A stretch of DNA of 64,000 bases, taken from NCBI GenBank assembly GCA_951406725.2, contig OX597822.1, forward strand, positions 4,898,001 to 4,962,000. The letters run 5' to 3'. This stretch comes from Octopus vulgaris. Its lineage: Eukaryota. The notes beneath the pieces are model-generated. The model saw only the letters and a list, made by a program, of their open reading frames with translations. It did not search any database and was not told where the DNA came from. The position numbers and the translations under genes are program-made. This document shows positions 42,019-56,781 of the stretch, one piece after another; position 1 is the stretch's first letter; each line of letters starts with the position of its first letter.

Positions 42019-42325
42019 ATCATCTTCATCATCGTTTAACGTCCACCTTCCATGCTAGCATGGGTTGGGCGATTTGACTGAGGTCTGGCGAACCAGAAGG
42101 CTGCACCAGACTCCAATCTAATCTGGCAGAGTTTCTACAGCTGGATGCCTTTCTTAATGCCAACCACTCTGAGAGTGTAGTGGGTGCTTTTTACATGCCA
42201 CTCGCATGAGGGCCAGTCAGGTTGTACTGGCAACAGCCACACTCAAATGGTGTTTTTTATGTTCCACCTGCACAGCGGCACTGGCAACGACCTTGCTTGA
42301 ATGTTTTTTTTTTTTATGTGCCACC
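42019..42325 (-). mobile_element. RTE 3'-end fragment
   Basis: Tail, hairpin and gatgcctttcttaatgccaaccac module. Confidence 0.88.
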
Positions 42326-43050
42326 TACATATATATGTATAGAGAAAGGGAGAGAGAGGCAGAGAGAAACTAACATAGAAAGTGGAGGACATACGATGAC
42401 GATGGTGATATGATACACTTATAATCTTATGCACAGAGACATATGCGCAAATGAAGATATAAAAAGAAGAGGAGTGTGAGAAGAAAATAGAGATAAAACG
42501 AATTAGTTATAGATTGGTAGTAAATTAGTTAGTCTTAGAAAACATAGTTTGAAGTATACAGGTGTTAAAAGACAATTTATATATAGTATATAATGATAAA
42601 AACTGCAGAATAATTGAAGTTAAGTAGACTCTTTCAGCTCAAGTCAATTTGACAAAATTAATGTTATGATAGATCAGTGGTCTGACAAAAGAATAAAATC
42701 TGTCAGAAAGCTATGTATGAATGCCTGAATAAGTTGGCAAGGAGACTATTTAATTTTATATATATTGTTCTTCAACGGCTAAGTTGATGGTGTTATAATG
42801 CTAACGGTGTGTGTCTTGTCACCAAGACTATAGTGTGTCCATGGCCAAGAGGTTTAATTCTCCATGGCCTAAATTAACAATTAGCTTAGATGTGATTAAA
42901 TCCTACTGGTGAGTTATAGCTCCCCTATTTAAGCAATAGTAGTGGGTATTTCAAGAGATTGCTATGTTGATTTCAACTCCTGTGATACGCATGTATAGCT
43001 ACATGATGAGATGAGAGGGCTAAGATCTTCTAGGATCACTTGCTCTTGAT

Positions 43051-43251
43051 CAGTGATTCCCAACATGGGGCATATGCCCCACTGCTGGGGGCCCTTGAGA
43101 TCTAAAATATTTTTCTATACTTATTTTATCAACCCCAGAGGATGAAAGGCAAAGTCAACCACAGTAGAATTTGAACCCAGAATGTAAGGATGGATGAAAT
43201 GCTGCTAATCATTTTGCCCTGCATGCTAATTATTCTGCCATCTTACCATCT
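43051..43251. mobile_element. hAT TIR fragment (43051-43100) followed by SINE family B fragment (43118-43251, minus)
   Basis: cagtgattcccaac TIR-like start, then ggatgaaaggcaaagtcaacc...ttctgcca. Confidence 0.65.
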
Positions 43252-43435
43252 TAATAATGATGATGATGATGATAGGTTGATGCACTTAAGTTCCAGTCAG
43301 CCGTTTACTGGTGGAAATAGTTAATATGGCAAGGGAGAAATAGAGCGTTCTTGGAAGATAATGATGACAATTCCAATCATGTTTAAGTCTTATTAAAACT
43401 CTTCGGAGAAGCACAGATATTCACAGAGAGAAAGG

Positions 43436-43693
43436 CATGCATACATACATACATACATACATACATACATGCATGCATGCATGCATGCATGCATACATAC
43501 ATACATACATACATACATACATGCATGCATGCATGCATGCATACATACATGCATGCATGCATACATACATACATACATAAATACATACATACATATATAC
43601 ATACATACATGCATGCATGCATGCATACATACATAAATAAATAAATACATACATGCATGCATGCATGCATGCATGCATGCATGCATACATACA

Positions 43694-43726
<33 letters not shown>

Positions 43727-43748
43727 GCATACATACATACATACATAC

Positions 43749-43779
<31 letters not shown>

Positions 43780-43813
43780 CATACATACATACATACATAC
43801 ATACATACATACA

Positions 43814-43844
<31 letters not shown>

Positions 43845-43845
43845 G
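43436..43845. repeat. Mixed (CATA)n/(CATG)n tetranucleotide array
   Basis: Direct reading. It explains the MYVC/MHAC ORFs. Confidence 0.97.
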
Positions 43846-44316
43846 TACATACTCTGGTGTGTCTTGACTACAATTGTTTGCTTCATAAGTTCTGAAAGAT
43901 TTGCCCAGTTACCTGTGATTAACAACATATTACATACTAGTTTCAGTTGCATAAACATTTGGTAACATTACCTTGTACTAGAATATTAACTGCACCAAAA
44001 CATATGTAATTACAGAAGAGATTTTAGTGCTGACCCCTTTATGTGTAAATACATGATATAAGTATCCTTCATTCAATTTCCAGTGGATACACACTGTAGG
44101 AGTTATAGAACAATATGTGAGTATACTACTCTACATACACACACAAATACACACAGATATACATACATTCATTCATTCATTCAAATGTCTGCTAATAAGC
44201 ACATGTTCTATTTCAAATCATGAATAATAAGCTTGGAACTTATATCTGGCCATAAAACCCATTTACAGAACTTTAGAGACTATTTTAGATAAATTATCCA
44301 ATCACCGATCTGTTTC

Positions 44317-44348
<32 letters not shown>

Positions 44349-46269
44349 GAGGGGGTTAATAACTAACCCAATCTCGGTGTAGAAATCACCTAAGGAGGCT
44401 TTATACAAGCTGATGTATTGTTGTGAATGGAAGTTCATAAACAGATTAGATAAAAGTTAGTCTTCTCTCAGCAAATATTGCTAAATATAGGAGATAAAAA
44501 TTTATCTAAAAGTTTGGCAGTTTAGCTGTCATAGGTCTTAAGATTAATACACAAAACGAGAGGTTAAATATCGACAAAATGTTACAAAGTAGTCTCAATG
44601 TGCTCATTTATAATACCTAATTCCATCTAGCAGCACTCGTAAATAAATACGATTTCAGTGCTTACTATTCCTGTCATTAGCAGCTGTGACGTCAAGTGGC
44701 TGGTGTTAATGCTCAATAAAATACTTCTCCAGAAGTAATCTGTCAACTATGAAGAGTTTTACTCTATGTATCTAACTCTGTCCAACACTGACACACCAAG
44801 ATGAAAAATGCTGTCACAATAGTACATTAATCATACAATCATAATTTACCCATAAAATTATATATTTTTAAAATAAATCAGCAACGAGCTATATTTAATT
44901 ATTTATTTAATATTCTCATTACTTTGGCAAATCTATCTTTATATCCTTCAAAGGCTTCTTTTAAGTCTGCTTTAAATTATTTTCTAATAAGCTATATTTT
45001 CTCCTCAGAAAATAATTATTTTCTGAACGCATGGCAAGGTATATTCATCTAGGACAAGTTCCAGGGTAATAAATTCATAATATATATATATTTTATTTTT
45101 TCTTCACCCTTTTGCTTCTCTGTCATTTTCATTTGATTTGATGTTTATTATATCAGAACTACAAGTTAAAAGGGACAGCTATGTATTTATAGCAATTATT
45201 TTGGTTTTACATTTAAGCTGGATATTTAATGTATTTATGTTTACTGTAGCTCTTCATATACTGGTTTTATCAATATTTTACTCTTTATATAAAAATCAAA
45301 ATAAAACAAGAATCTTTCTTTTCATTAATTCCTTCTTTTATAATGTTTTCTGTTTTACTTCCACACCTCTTTTTTCTAACCTACTATTTGAGAATTCAAT
45401 TTCTTGTCAAGTCAATAAACATCAAGTGAAGGTTGTAAAATGTTGTACTAGATGAATGGATATATTTTTCACTCGTGAATGCAGGGGGAAATATCTGGAG
45501 TGAAAAAAACAAAATATATATAAGTTAAAAAAATTCTTTACAAAAAAACATAATAGTCTGCAAGTAATAGAGAAAAGTTTGGAAGTTAAATATTTCTGAA
45601 TCAATGCTTAAATAATGAATGAATAAATTTTGTAATAACAGCTTGAAAGCATTTTAGTGTACTTTTGGGTATGGAAAAAAAATTGCCAATCACTTCAATA
45701 AATAGGCAGGAGGTAAATACAATTTAAGCAGTCATTCTCTGCTAACTACATATAAGGAATCATGATAAATAAGTGAAAGTTACAGAGAAAGTTTTGGTAA
45801 AATAATTTATTTTGTAGCAATTTTTAAATGAATGATACACATATATATGCATCACAATTTTATATTTGACTCTTTTTTTTCATGGTACAAAGGGCAGTAT
45901 GGTTTGTATGGGAAGAATTGGGAACTGCATGGCTATATGGTTAAGAATGAATGATATGGTTTCCATTGGAACTACATGGCTATATGGATGCCCATCCTGC
46001 TTCAAACAAGGTAATTGTGAAGTGAAAGTGGAGCTTTTTTTTTGTGAGGCAGGCAAACTAAAATAGAATCAAGTAACTTGACCAGGAATAGAATGATGTC
46101 TGCAGTAAAGTTTGATATCATGATTACTCCAGAGACTTATGCTGATTTCATTAACCAAAGTCTTCCATGCTTCCTTACTTCCTTCCTTCCTTCCTTCCTT
46201 TCTTTCTTTCTTTCTTTCTATCCCTCTGATTATCTCTTTTTTCTCCTTTTTTTCCATCTATGGGAGCCA

Positions 46270-46608
46270 AGTATCTTTTCTTATAGTAAGACACCTATTT
46301 CTATCCTTCTGTGACAATTTAACCTCTCAATTGCCACAAAGTCACCCCCTTCTACTACTATTCCCCCTCCCAGTCAGGGTTTTTTTTTTTCCTTGCAAGG
46401 TACTTGATGGCCGGTGCTGGTGCCATGTAAAAATCACTCAAAACACTCTGCAAAGTGGTTGGTGTTAGGGAAAGCATCAAGCCATAGAAGCCACACCAAA
46501 GCAGACAATAGAGCTTGGTGTAGCTCTCTGGTTTGTCAGATCCTGTCAAATCCTCTAACCCATGCCAGCATGAATAATGGATGTTAAAAGATGATGATAA
46601 TAATGATG
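46270..46608 (+). mobile_element. RTE-tailed repeat related to 15450-15900
   Basis: Terminal module, ccatgccagcatg hairpin, (GAT)n tail. Confidence 0.72.
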
Positions 46609-46733
46609 AAAGTAGCAAGAATCATTAAAATTACCCAAAATTAATGATAAAATTATAACAGATAATAATAAAGAAAATACAGAAATGAAAAAGCTTCACT
46701 GAAGAAGATTTAGAAATGCCTGCTGACATATGA

Positions 46734-46790
<57 letters not shown>

Positions 46791-46909
46791 GTAGATGTTG
46801 ATATATAGGAGATGAATAATAATGTTAATAAGATAATTATAACTTTCTTAGGATAGAGAGTTGATGATGAGGTCATAGGATATGTGATGAAAGAGCTTAA
46901 AAATACTAA

Positions 46910-46941
<32 letters not shown>

Positions 46942-48206
46942 TAATAATAATGATGATAATAATAATAATAATGAGGCTGAAGTGAAAACCAAATACATAA
47001 AACTTTCTTGTATTTGAAGGAATTAAAGGGGAATCTACTTATGGAAATTGGTGCATCAGAAGTATTTGGATCAACTATTGAAGATAATGCTAGCATTTCT
47101 TTATTTGATATACATGATGTAGTCATTTGTTGGAGATGTTTTATAGTTGATATAAATGCCCTGATCAATTTGAGCCTCAGCTTGTATCCTTCAGAAAATA
47201 TAAAACTTGTAGTGGATAGATCATATCCAATATTTCCAGCAATTATAGGTCAAAAGAGTTAAAAGAGAATTCATAATAGGTTACAAACTTGAAAGTGTTA
47301 ACTTTCTAATAGCAGGAACTGAGGCTAACAGAGCTGTAAGGAAATAATTATGTATCCCATCAGCAGCCACTGAATTAGAAAAGTTTAAAAGAAATTAAAG
47401 CTGATGCTAATTTGCTCTGTCCTCACAAGTTTCCTGTGTCCATGTTAGGGAGAATATTTAGAAATTCATTTTACAAAGTTACATTGATCTTTAAATTTCC
47501 CTGGTGGATTAAGATGTAAAATACCATTGGCTACAGATAATATTGAAAACAAAGTTTCTCCCCACAAGAGAAATAAAGCAAAATAAATAACATAGACATC
47601 AAACAAAATAAACAACAACAAAAGCTGAATAAACAGAAAATAAATTACTGTGTTAAGGGAAGAGAATTCTCTTTGATATTTTTGGTAACTTGAGCAGTAA
47701 GAAGGTAGTGTTTAAAAATATAAATAAAGAGAAAGCATAACTTCAATTTCCATATCTTTAAGCAAATAAGAGACACCCCACTTCTGTGTATTCCCATATT
47801 GATTACCTATATAACTAAAGAAACTCTGATTTAGGAACATAAATAAAATATTGCCTGAAGAGCTACTTTTCTCATTAAAAAATAAATAAAATAAAACAAA
47901 ATTAAACTTACACAAACTTCACTTGCACCTAAGATTAATAATTACTTCAAGATTTCCTGTAGAATGGAATAAAGAGATGGGAAGAACTGCTCAACAAGAA
48001 GTTAGTCTTGTTAAACAAGTTAAATTTCCATATAAAATGTAAATATTGAGGTGTGAAATTTACGACTTGCTAGAGACATGTCAATAATTTCATTGCATTC
48101 TACAACTGAGGCTACACAGCATCTGGTAACGACACTTAACACTTACTTAACTAATTGCATTACGAACATTGTCGGGGCTGGACTGGTCACTTCCAGAAGT
48201 AATTAA

Positions 48207-48473
48207 CCCTTTCGTTACCAACTCGGCTGAAACCAGCTCTGGTACTGAGTACAAATGTCTTGGTTCATAAGTTTTGAATTAAAATCTTCCACCAAACCTT
48301 AGTCACAATTTATGTTTGTAACACTAGCTGAATGATAACTAAGTTATTTGACTAAATTCTTTGTTATCATCATCATCATTTAACGTCCGCTTTCCATGCT
48401 AGCATGGGTTGGACTATTTAAAGTAATTGAAAGAAACACAGAGCATCTCAAAATAAATACAGTAATGAAAGGG
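48207..48473. mobile_element. piggyBac-like MITE (second family) with both TTAA TSDs
   Basis: TTAA|ccctttcgttac ... gtaatgaaaggg|TTAA. Confidence 0.88.
48368..48414 (-). mobile_element. 47-bp minimal RTE 3' insertion inside the MITE
   Basis: catcatcatcatttaacgtccgctttccatgctagcatgggttggac, flanked by tat/tat. Confidence 0.85.
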
Positions 48474-48631
48474 TTAAAGCATTGTAGAATTAACAAATAT
48501 GTCATTAGTTGATTGTCTCATGGACTATTGTGCAGTACGAAAGTAAAGTAAATGGATCTCCATCTGTCTAGAGAATCAATATTCCAATAGTTCAATCAAC
48601 TGAGTTACCTATTCATTATTATGTGCAATAA

Positions 48632-48842
48632 GGCGGTGAGCTGGCAGAAACGTTAGTGTGTCAGACGAAGTGCTTAGTGGTATTTTGCCTGTCGCTATGT
48701 TCTGAGTTCAAATTTTGTGACTTTGCCTTTCATACTTTCGGGGTTGATAAATTAAGTACCAGTTGCATTCTGGGTCGATCAAATCGACTGGCTCCCTCCC
48801 CTCCAAATTTTTTAGGCCTTGTGCCCATAGTAGAAAGGATTA
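48632..48842 (+). mobile_element. SINE family B
   Basis: ggcggtgagctggcagaaacgttag head, gagttcaaatt B box, gcctttcatactttcggggttgataaattaagtaccag Deu/Nin-like motif. Confidence 0.88.
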
Positions 48843-50790
48843 CATTGCATGCAAGCAGCTGAATATTCCACAGATGTGTATTCTTAATTGTGACACTGTG
48901 AGACAAAGTTAGTCCTTTAAATTACAAATACAATCCAACAGGCATCCACACATTTTCCACCAATCAACTGATCTATCTGCAGCCATAGTAATCAAGATAC
49001 CACACAGTGGAGATGCAGGATCACAGGATTGTAAAGCAAACTTCTGAACCACTCAACCATGACGACTTCTAATAGTAAGAAGTGAATCTCAAATGAATAC
49101 TGAAAACGATTGGCTGATACTATTTTACCTGACTGCATTAATGTTCTTAATGCAGACATAGTCATTCCACCTTTTTTTTCCTGCCTACCAATAATTTCTG
49201 ATTCTACGTTGGTTGAGAGAAAAGGAGAAAATGATGACACAAAGAACTCTTCAAGACACTGGAGCACGACAGCAAATTATGAACAAAACCTTATAGTGAG
49301 AAAGAAAGCTGAAGGTAAAAGAGAGCGAACTATCTGGTCTAGCAATCTGCATCATGCATTTAGTGGGGTTTTTTTGTGGGTGGGGAAAGGCCTAGACAGA
49401 TATAAAGGAGTACCCCAGTGTAGAAGTTAATTTATTGTTATCTAGCATTAAAGAAGTTTTATTCTATTGCTTAGTTGCTTAGTTAGAGGAAGGAGCCATC
49501 TAGGTATGAAAATACTATCTTTAACAAAACGTAAAGGTCTAAGTTTGTACTACCTGCCAAACTCTTCCAATTGATGATAGAAATGGTAGAAGCCAATTTT
49601 AAATGTTCTTGAAAAAAATGAAAAGAAAGAAAAGCATCAAATACTTCCTGAATCTCTACTCTCTTGAATACCAAAGAGAGAGATAAGATAAGTCACATAA
49701 GACTTTCAATGCATGAACTGGTAGATACTGTCAATTTCCAAATATACCACCTTTGAGATCAAAGGACCATGTCTTGCTAATATATTTTATTTTTGATTTG
49801 GCTTCTATTTCTGATTTGCCCTTCCTAATACCAATGACTTTACGGTCTCCTAGAGGCATTTAAGTGGCAACAGTAAGAGAGAGGTTGCATATCCTCAACT
49901 AAACCCACGAGTGGATGACAGCTATCATTGAGCAGTTCAAGAGAGCAGATTCCACTGATAGGTAGATCAAGCACAAGTCTTATATGATAAAGAAAGAGTT
50001 AGTTGATGCCCTGCAAAAATGAACAACAGAGTGTGAATTGGTCAAAGCATTTGTTGAATAAGGTATGTATACATATGTTTCAAGCCTTTGAATATTGCAC
50101 ATAATATCTATAAGCTGGGCATGTGTGTGTGGATACAGATCTATATACATAGACATTTCATATAATACATGCATATGATTGTGTGCATGTATATGTATGA
50201 GTGTATATATACACACCACCATATATATATATTCTTTTACTCCTCCTCCTCATCTTCGCCGCTGCCGCCACCACCACCACCACCGCCAGCAATGGTGTGT
50301 GTGTGTATGCATACATATATACAAACATGTGTAGTTAATTATCAAGCTGAATTTCATCTTTCCTCTCTTACTATGCAAAAAAATACTCTTCCCCATCTCT
50401 CTGTCTACTGTATGAACATTGCTAGTAGTAGAATAAACCATAGAAAAATCATTCTATCAATAAATCAACCAATAGATGAGTTGAGAAGTAGATTGCACTT
50501 AATTTATTCTGTCACAATGTTTCCAAAGATCTTAGCAATTAAGTAAATAAACCTCTTGCTAACAAGTCGAAGAAAAGGTTTCTATGTTGTAGTTAGACCT
50601 GTTAGAAATAGTAGCCATATCTCCTGCTCTGAAAAATCTTATCAGACACACTGTATAATGTAGTCTTGAAGGAAAAATGAAGCAGTCATAGATAAAATGT
50701 TATTGTATACCCACTTGCTGAATCAGAATCAACAAGCAGTTAAACAATTAGATTTCTCAACATTGGAAAGCTAGAAGGTTGCTTTCCTGA

Positions 50791-51038
50791 TGAGGTTTCC
50801 AAAGGACAGTACTGGCCCACTGGGGGGGTAGTGGAAAAATCCAGGGGTTGAGAGGTTGCTGAAGAAAAGTGGGGTTGATAAATATAAAAACAATAAAATA
50901 ATGGATAATTAAGTTTTATTTGTGAAATACAAATGCTTTGAATATGATGCTGAAAGTGGCTTGTGTTGGTGGTAGGATGCTAAGAATGTGGCCTGGGTGT
51001 CAAGGGGGTGACAGTCTGAAAAAGTTTGGGAACCACTG
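50791..51038. mobile_element. Degenerate hAT MITE
   Basis: Ends aaaagtttgggaaccactg (Charlie-type TIR). Left TIR decayed. Confidence 0.6.
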
Positions 51039-51653
51039 CTTTAGTGTAACTTGTAGCATATCTGTCTAGGTCACAGAAGATGCATGATTCAAGTCCCATC
51101 AGAATTTTTCTGATCTTTTGCCAAAATATTATTTATCGTTAAATTCTCTTTGAAATACATTGTTAATAAAGAATTATTTGCATATTTCTTGATGGTTTTA
51201 CTTTTACATTCTGAATATCATGCTCTTTCTTTTTTTTTTTTTTTGTCTGTCTGTGTCTCCTATTTCTATTCATTAGTTCAAGACAATAACATGATAAAAA
51301 CAAGAAAAAAGTAGAGATAATAGCCATTACTAGAGCAAAAACAAATAGAATTACATCCAACCATTCTCCACACCTCTTCAACCATCATTTCTTCTTGTGG
51401 TTTTGTCACTTTCATATATTAAATTTTTGTCATTATATATTAAATATAAAAAATAAATGTATGACATATTTCTGCAAAATTTACAAGAATTTTCTTTTGA
51501 ATGCATGAATTAACAAAGCTCAAATCATGTCGAATATCATAGTTTTGGGTAAATAATTGATTTCAATATTCAATTACATTAATATTTGTCTGATTCAACT
51601 TTCCTGCTTTTCACAATCTTTTGTTGCAAGACATAATTAAACATATATATAGA

Positions 51654-51708
<55 letters not shown>

Positions 51709-52320
51709 TGTGTGTATGTGTATACAAATATGTAAATACATTTATGTGTGAGTATGTGTTGGTGTGTATACATACACACACACACACACACACACACACT
51801 TATATATATCCTTGTGCTTATTTCAGTCATAGGACTGTGGCCAAGTAGGAGCACTGAAGTGGAGAGTTTAAGTAAGCGAAATGTATTCAGTACATATTTT
51901 GAAGTGTAGTAGAGATTTTATTTGGTACAATTTGCTGAACTGCTATGTCAACCTATATGTTTGTTTTGGTAATATTCTGGAAGAACTGTTGCACCTTTTG
52001 AAGCACAGTAGCTGTGCCAGGAAGAGGAATGTATTACTGAAATATGTGTTAAAACAATGAAGTGATTTGAATATTGCAGATGATTTTTACACAGTTTTTT
52101 ACTGATACACAAGTATACATACATATACACACAGACGTGTGTGTGTATACACATATGTGTGTATATTTTTACTGATATTTGGTAAGAGCAACAGAGTGAG
52201 TCCCTCGAGTCACTTTGTTGCTTCAGCTAAATATTAATAAAAATATATTCATATACTATGGCGGTGCCCCAGCATGGCCACAGCTCGTGAGCTGAAACTA
52301 GATAAAATAAAATACTCATT

Positions 52321-52481
52321 ACACAGAAGTGGCTGTATGCTAAGATGCTTGCTTCCCAACCACATGGTTCCGAATTTAGTCCCACTGCATGGCACCTTGG
52401 GCAAGTATCTTCTACTATAGCCTCAGGTCGATCAAAGCCTTGTGAGTGGATGTGGTAGACAGAAACTGAAAGAAGCCTATC

Positions 52482-52540
<59 letters not shown>

Positions 52541-52758
52541 TATATACATACGTGTATGTATTTGTGTGTCTGTGTTTGTCCGCCCACCATCACTTGACAA
52601 CTGATGTTGGTGTGTTTATGTCCTAATAACTTAGTAGTCCAGTAAAAGAGATAAAATAAGTACTAAGTTTGCAAAGAATAAGTCCTGGAGTCAATTTGTT
52701 TGACTGAAGATGGTGCTCCAGCAAGGTCAGAGTCAAATGACTGAAACAAGTAAAAGAA
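52321..52758 (+). mobile_element. SINE family A (preceded by a separate 3' fragment at 52260-52310)
   Basis: Colinear with 13527-13940. Confidence 0.9.
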
Positions 52759-52804
52759 TTCTTGTATTTTGAGTTCTAGTTTTCCTGTTTGCATCACCAT
52801 ACCT

Positions 52805-53162
52805 ATATATATATATATGTGTGTGTGTACGTGAGTGTGTGTGTGTGCATGTGTATATATGCACACACAAACACAAGTGAATAGACAGACAAATGAAAGT
52901 GGCACTCAATGCATTCCATATGTGCATGTGTATATACATATGTGTATATACACATATGTATATACACACATATGTATGTAGACATATGTATATATACACA
53001 TATGTATGTACACATGTATATATACACATATATACATGTGTGTATATATACACTAATACATATATATATATATATATACATGTATGTATTTATATACATA
53101 CAGACATATATATATGTGTGTGTGTATATATATATATATATACACATACACATACATATATT

Positions 53163-53202
<40 letters not shown>

Positions 53203-53275
53203 CACACACACACAAACACATGCACACAAATATAAATATATATGTCAGGATACATATATACATAAATACACACAC
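52805..53275. repeat. Degenerate (TA)/(CA)/(TG) low-complexity tract
   Basis: Direct reading. Confidence 0.9.
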
Positions 53276-54741
53276 CCATATCCCCCCACACCCACACCCA
53301 CTCACACAACAGATAGATGGCATTTTCTTTCAGAGGTTTTCATGTAGGTTAACAGGTTACTAGTCTGTTGAATGTTTTTGTCGAAGTAACTAATCTAGAT
53401 GAAGAAAAATAATTTTCTTAAGATATAAGTACAAAATCAAATATTGATTTTTATTTTTTTACATATCATTTGTATTTTTAAATACATACAAACACACTGT
53501 TATATGTTTGTTTGTAGATATATATATATAGACACACAAATACATGTATTTATCACACATATGCAATATTATATACAGAAATGTATATATAAATAAAAGT
53601 ATGGATATGTTTTGAATACAGTCATGGTTTTTGCTAACGAGACTTAAGAGAGAGAAATAAATTATAAATTTTATGTATTCCATAAGTAAGTGTTATGTGT
53701 AACAATGAGAAGCATAGTTTCCAAGGTAACAGAAAGACACATATGATATTTTATTATCAAATTATATATAAAAAAGAACATAGTCTAGTTTAAGTTCGTC
53801 TATTTTACTAAAACAAACGTAAGTTGATATTAGCTTGTTTGTGAAGCTACATTTCATAACCATACTTGTTAAAAATATGACTTTGAATATATTACATTCT
53901 GGTGCTTGTTTAAATCAAACTATGGCAAACAATGGCTATAACTTATGATAGGAATTGGAAGCTTTCTAGATCTTTCTGTTTCATTCTTTCATTAAAAAAT
54001 TAAAAAAAGAAAGAAAGAGAAAGAGATATAACACAATGAGGTAGGGCAGTAAAACTCAGAAACCGAACATGGCTTCTATAATTCCGTGATCCATCTGTTT
54101 CAGACTAGCCTGACATTATACGCCTTACATTAGCTTTGGCAATAAATTTCGTTGAAGTCACTGAACATGGTTGAGAATGAAAATATCTTCTTAAGGATGC
54201 ATTATTTTATTGAAACCTTGTGAGGTTTATGAGGTTTCTCTCTCCCCACCTTTAACATTAATTTAAATCTTTAAGATTTATAAACCATAAATAATTATTT
54301 CCTTTAAGCCAACATCAGAATTTGTTTAATTATCTTTTGCCTTTCTATCTCACTTTCCTTACTTCAGTTCATTAAGTTACCTTCTAGGTTTAAATTATGT
54401 TTGTGTTGAAAATAGGCAGCACATTTATCATTTATACACACATACATATTATATATAAACATACATATATATAAGTAAATATATATATAAAAATATGTAT
54501 ATAAACATTTATATAAAAAATATCTAATCATATATATGAAACAAATATGAACATATATAATAATATATATAAAAATTTATATATACATATATAAACATAT
54601 ACATAAAAAAATATTTATACATAAATATATATATAAACATATATAATATAAGTGCACACACAAAATATGTATCTATCTGTATTATAAGCTCACAAGCACA
54701 TGCGTACTTGTAGTACACACCAACATATACATTCACACTCT

Positions 54742-55537
54742 TATGGAAGCAAAACCTGAAATCGATAAGCCTCAAAGTAAACTTGGCAAAGATGAAAGTT
54801 TTAGTTAAAAAGAAAGACAGGATTCTATTGCCACCAGGGGAATGGCAGTGTTTGATATGCAAAAAAGGAGCAAGAACGCCATACATTGTACACAATGTCA
54901 ACTACGTGTGCAGAAGAGATGCACTGGGATCACTGGCAATAAGATTTTGTATGAGGCAGATGGATAGGAATAGGCAGCAGCCAGAGCACTAGTAAAATAA
55001 ATTTATGTTAAATGCTGGGAAGGCTCTATAATGGTAGGTGATAGCTACTGTTACTTGGGCAACCTAATCAGTTGTGGAAGAAGGTGCTCAAAAAAAAAAA
55101 AGAAAAAACACAATAGCCAGTATTAGAGCAAGGTGGAAAAAGATCACGGAGCTATTACCTCTGGTGGTAATAAAGATATTCTCTCTCTGAGTGAAAGGTA
55201 GATTTTATGTTGCCTGCATATAAAATAAAGTGCTGCATGGTAGTGCAGGTTGTGCAAAAATTAGAGAAACATGTAGCAAGCATGCACCCTAGTTGTGCAA
55301 CAATGAAGTCTATACCAGTAGAAGAGAGATAATAGATGGGTAAAGAAGTGTCAGAGTATCTAAGTGAAAGGAAGGTGTAGAAGATGAAGACCAAGGGAGA
55401 TGTGGATAGAAATGGTAAAAGTTGATCTCAGGATGAGAAAGGAATGCAACAAATGGTGAGAGGCTGTGTCAGAAAGAACTTGTCCAATCTATGCAAGAAT
55501 GGAAAAACAGGTGGATACAACAAATATGATGATGATA
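54742..55537 (+). mobile_element. Old divergent RTE fragment including the PHD region
   Basis: WKQNLKSISLKVNLAKMKVLV...GEWQCLICKKG, then YLG and SLRVKG-like segments and a decayed tail. Confidence 0.8.
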
Positions 55538-55761
55538 ATACTTGTAATGATACATACACGTGCATGCATGTGTGCACACACACACACGCACACATATATA
55601 CACACAGGCATTACTCACAAAAATGTCTCTACATACATGTGTATACATGTGTGAGTGTGTAGAAGTATGAGTGGTGTACAAATGGGTCAAAGAACTCAGT
55701 GTGTATATACAATTTTTTCTGTTTGCTTAGAATATCATAGGAGTTATTCAAATGTCAGGAG

Positions 55762-56109
55762 TAGGGGTTTTCAACCTTTGTTTTTTTTTTTATCTGTGGT
55801 CCTCTTTGATTACTATTTTATTATGGTGGGACCCCGTAGTTTTATAAAAACTTCTTTCAAAATTTCTATTTTGCTTTTTTACACATTAATTTGTGTAGGT
55901 TGAACTATGTAAAATGTTAAAGAAACAAACCTTCCTGTTTCTTGCAATACATACCGATACATACATCTAAAGCTAAATTTTTTCAGGGGCCCTTGAAATA
56001 CTATTGTGGATCTCCAATTTATTATTTTGTTGCATGGACGCCACCAAAATCTTATATGGACCTTATATGGACCTTCAGGGGCCATATGGACTCTGGTTGA
56101 GAACCACTC
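55762..56109. mobile_element. hAT (Charlie-like) MITE
   Basis: aggggttttcaacc / ggttgagaaccact TIRs. Right flank atctagag fits the nTCTAGAn target. Confidence 0.72.
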
Positions 56110-56741
56110 ATCTAGAGTATCATACCAAAGTATTTATTAAAAATTTAAATGAAAAAAGAAATATTCTAAAAAAAATAACATAAAAACATTAGTACTATGT
56201 ACTGTAATTGTACACAATTACTGTACATAAATTAGAAAACTCACTGGAATAAGAGCTTGTGCTAACAACATGAATTATGTATGCATGTACATAAAAGATT
56301 TGATTTTGTATGAGTGTGTACATGTGTGTGATGAAACTGCATGGAAACACTGTGTTAGAGAAAGGACTTTATCTACTGCCTAGTTTAATGTGAATGACCA
56401 AATAGATATTCCTGTTTTTAGCTTGAAGGCTGTTATTAAAAGATGAAAGTAGATACTAGCTGACTTTTCACATGAAAGGCGGAACAATTCACACATTGTA
56501 TCAGTTTTGATTTTTCTAATTTTTGATAAATTTGCAAGTATTTTCAGTGCTATCTTGTTTGTATTATAATGATGATTCATAAATGCTGTAGTTCTATTTC
56601 TTGCACCATGGTAACCAAATACATTTGTGTACACATATATATATATACATATATACACATGCACAGAGACATGCATATATATATACATACATGCACACAT
56701 ATATACTTACTTGGAAGAGGATGCATGGCATTCAATCATAT

Positions 56742-56781
<40 letters not shown>

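Noticed and set aside
47008-49430. Non-repetitive ORFs 47008-47262 and 49110-49430
   Set aside because: No recognisable domain or consistent exon chain; lengths compatible with chance or decayed repeats.
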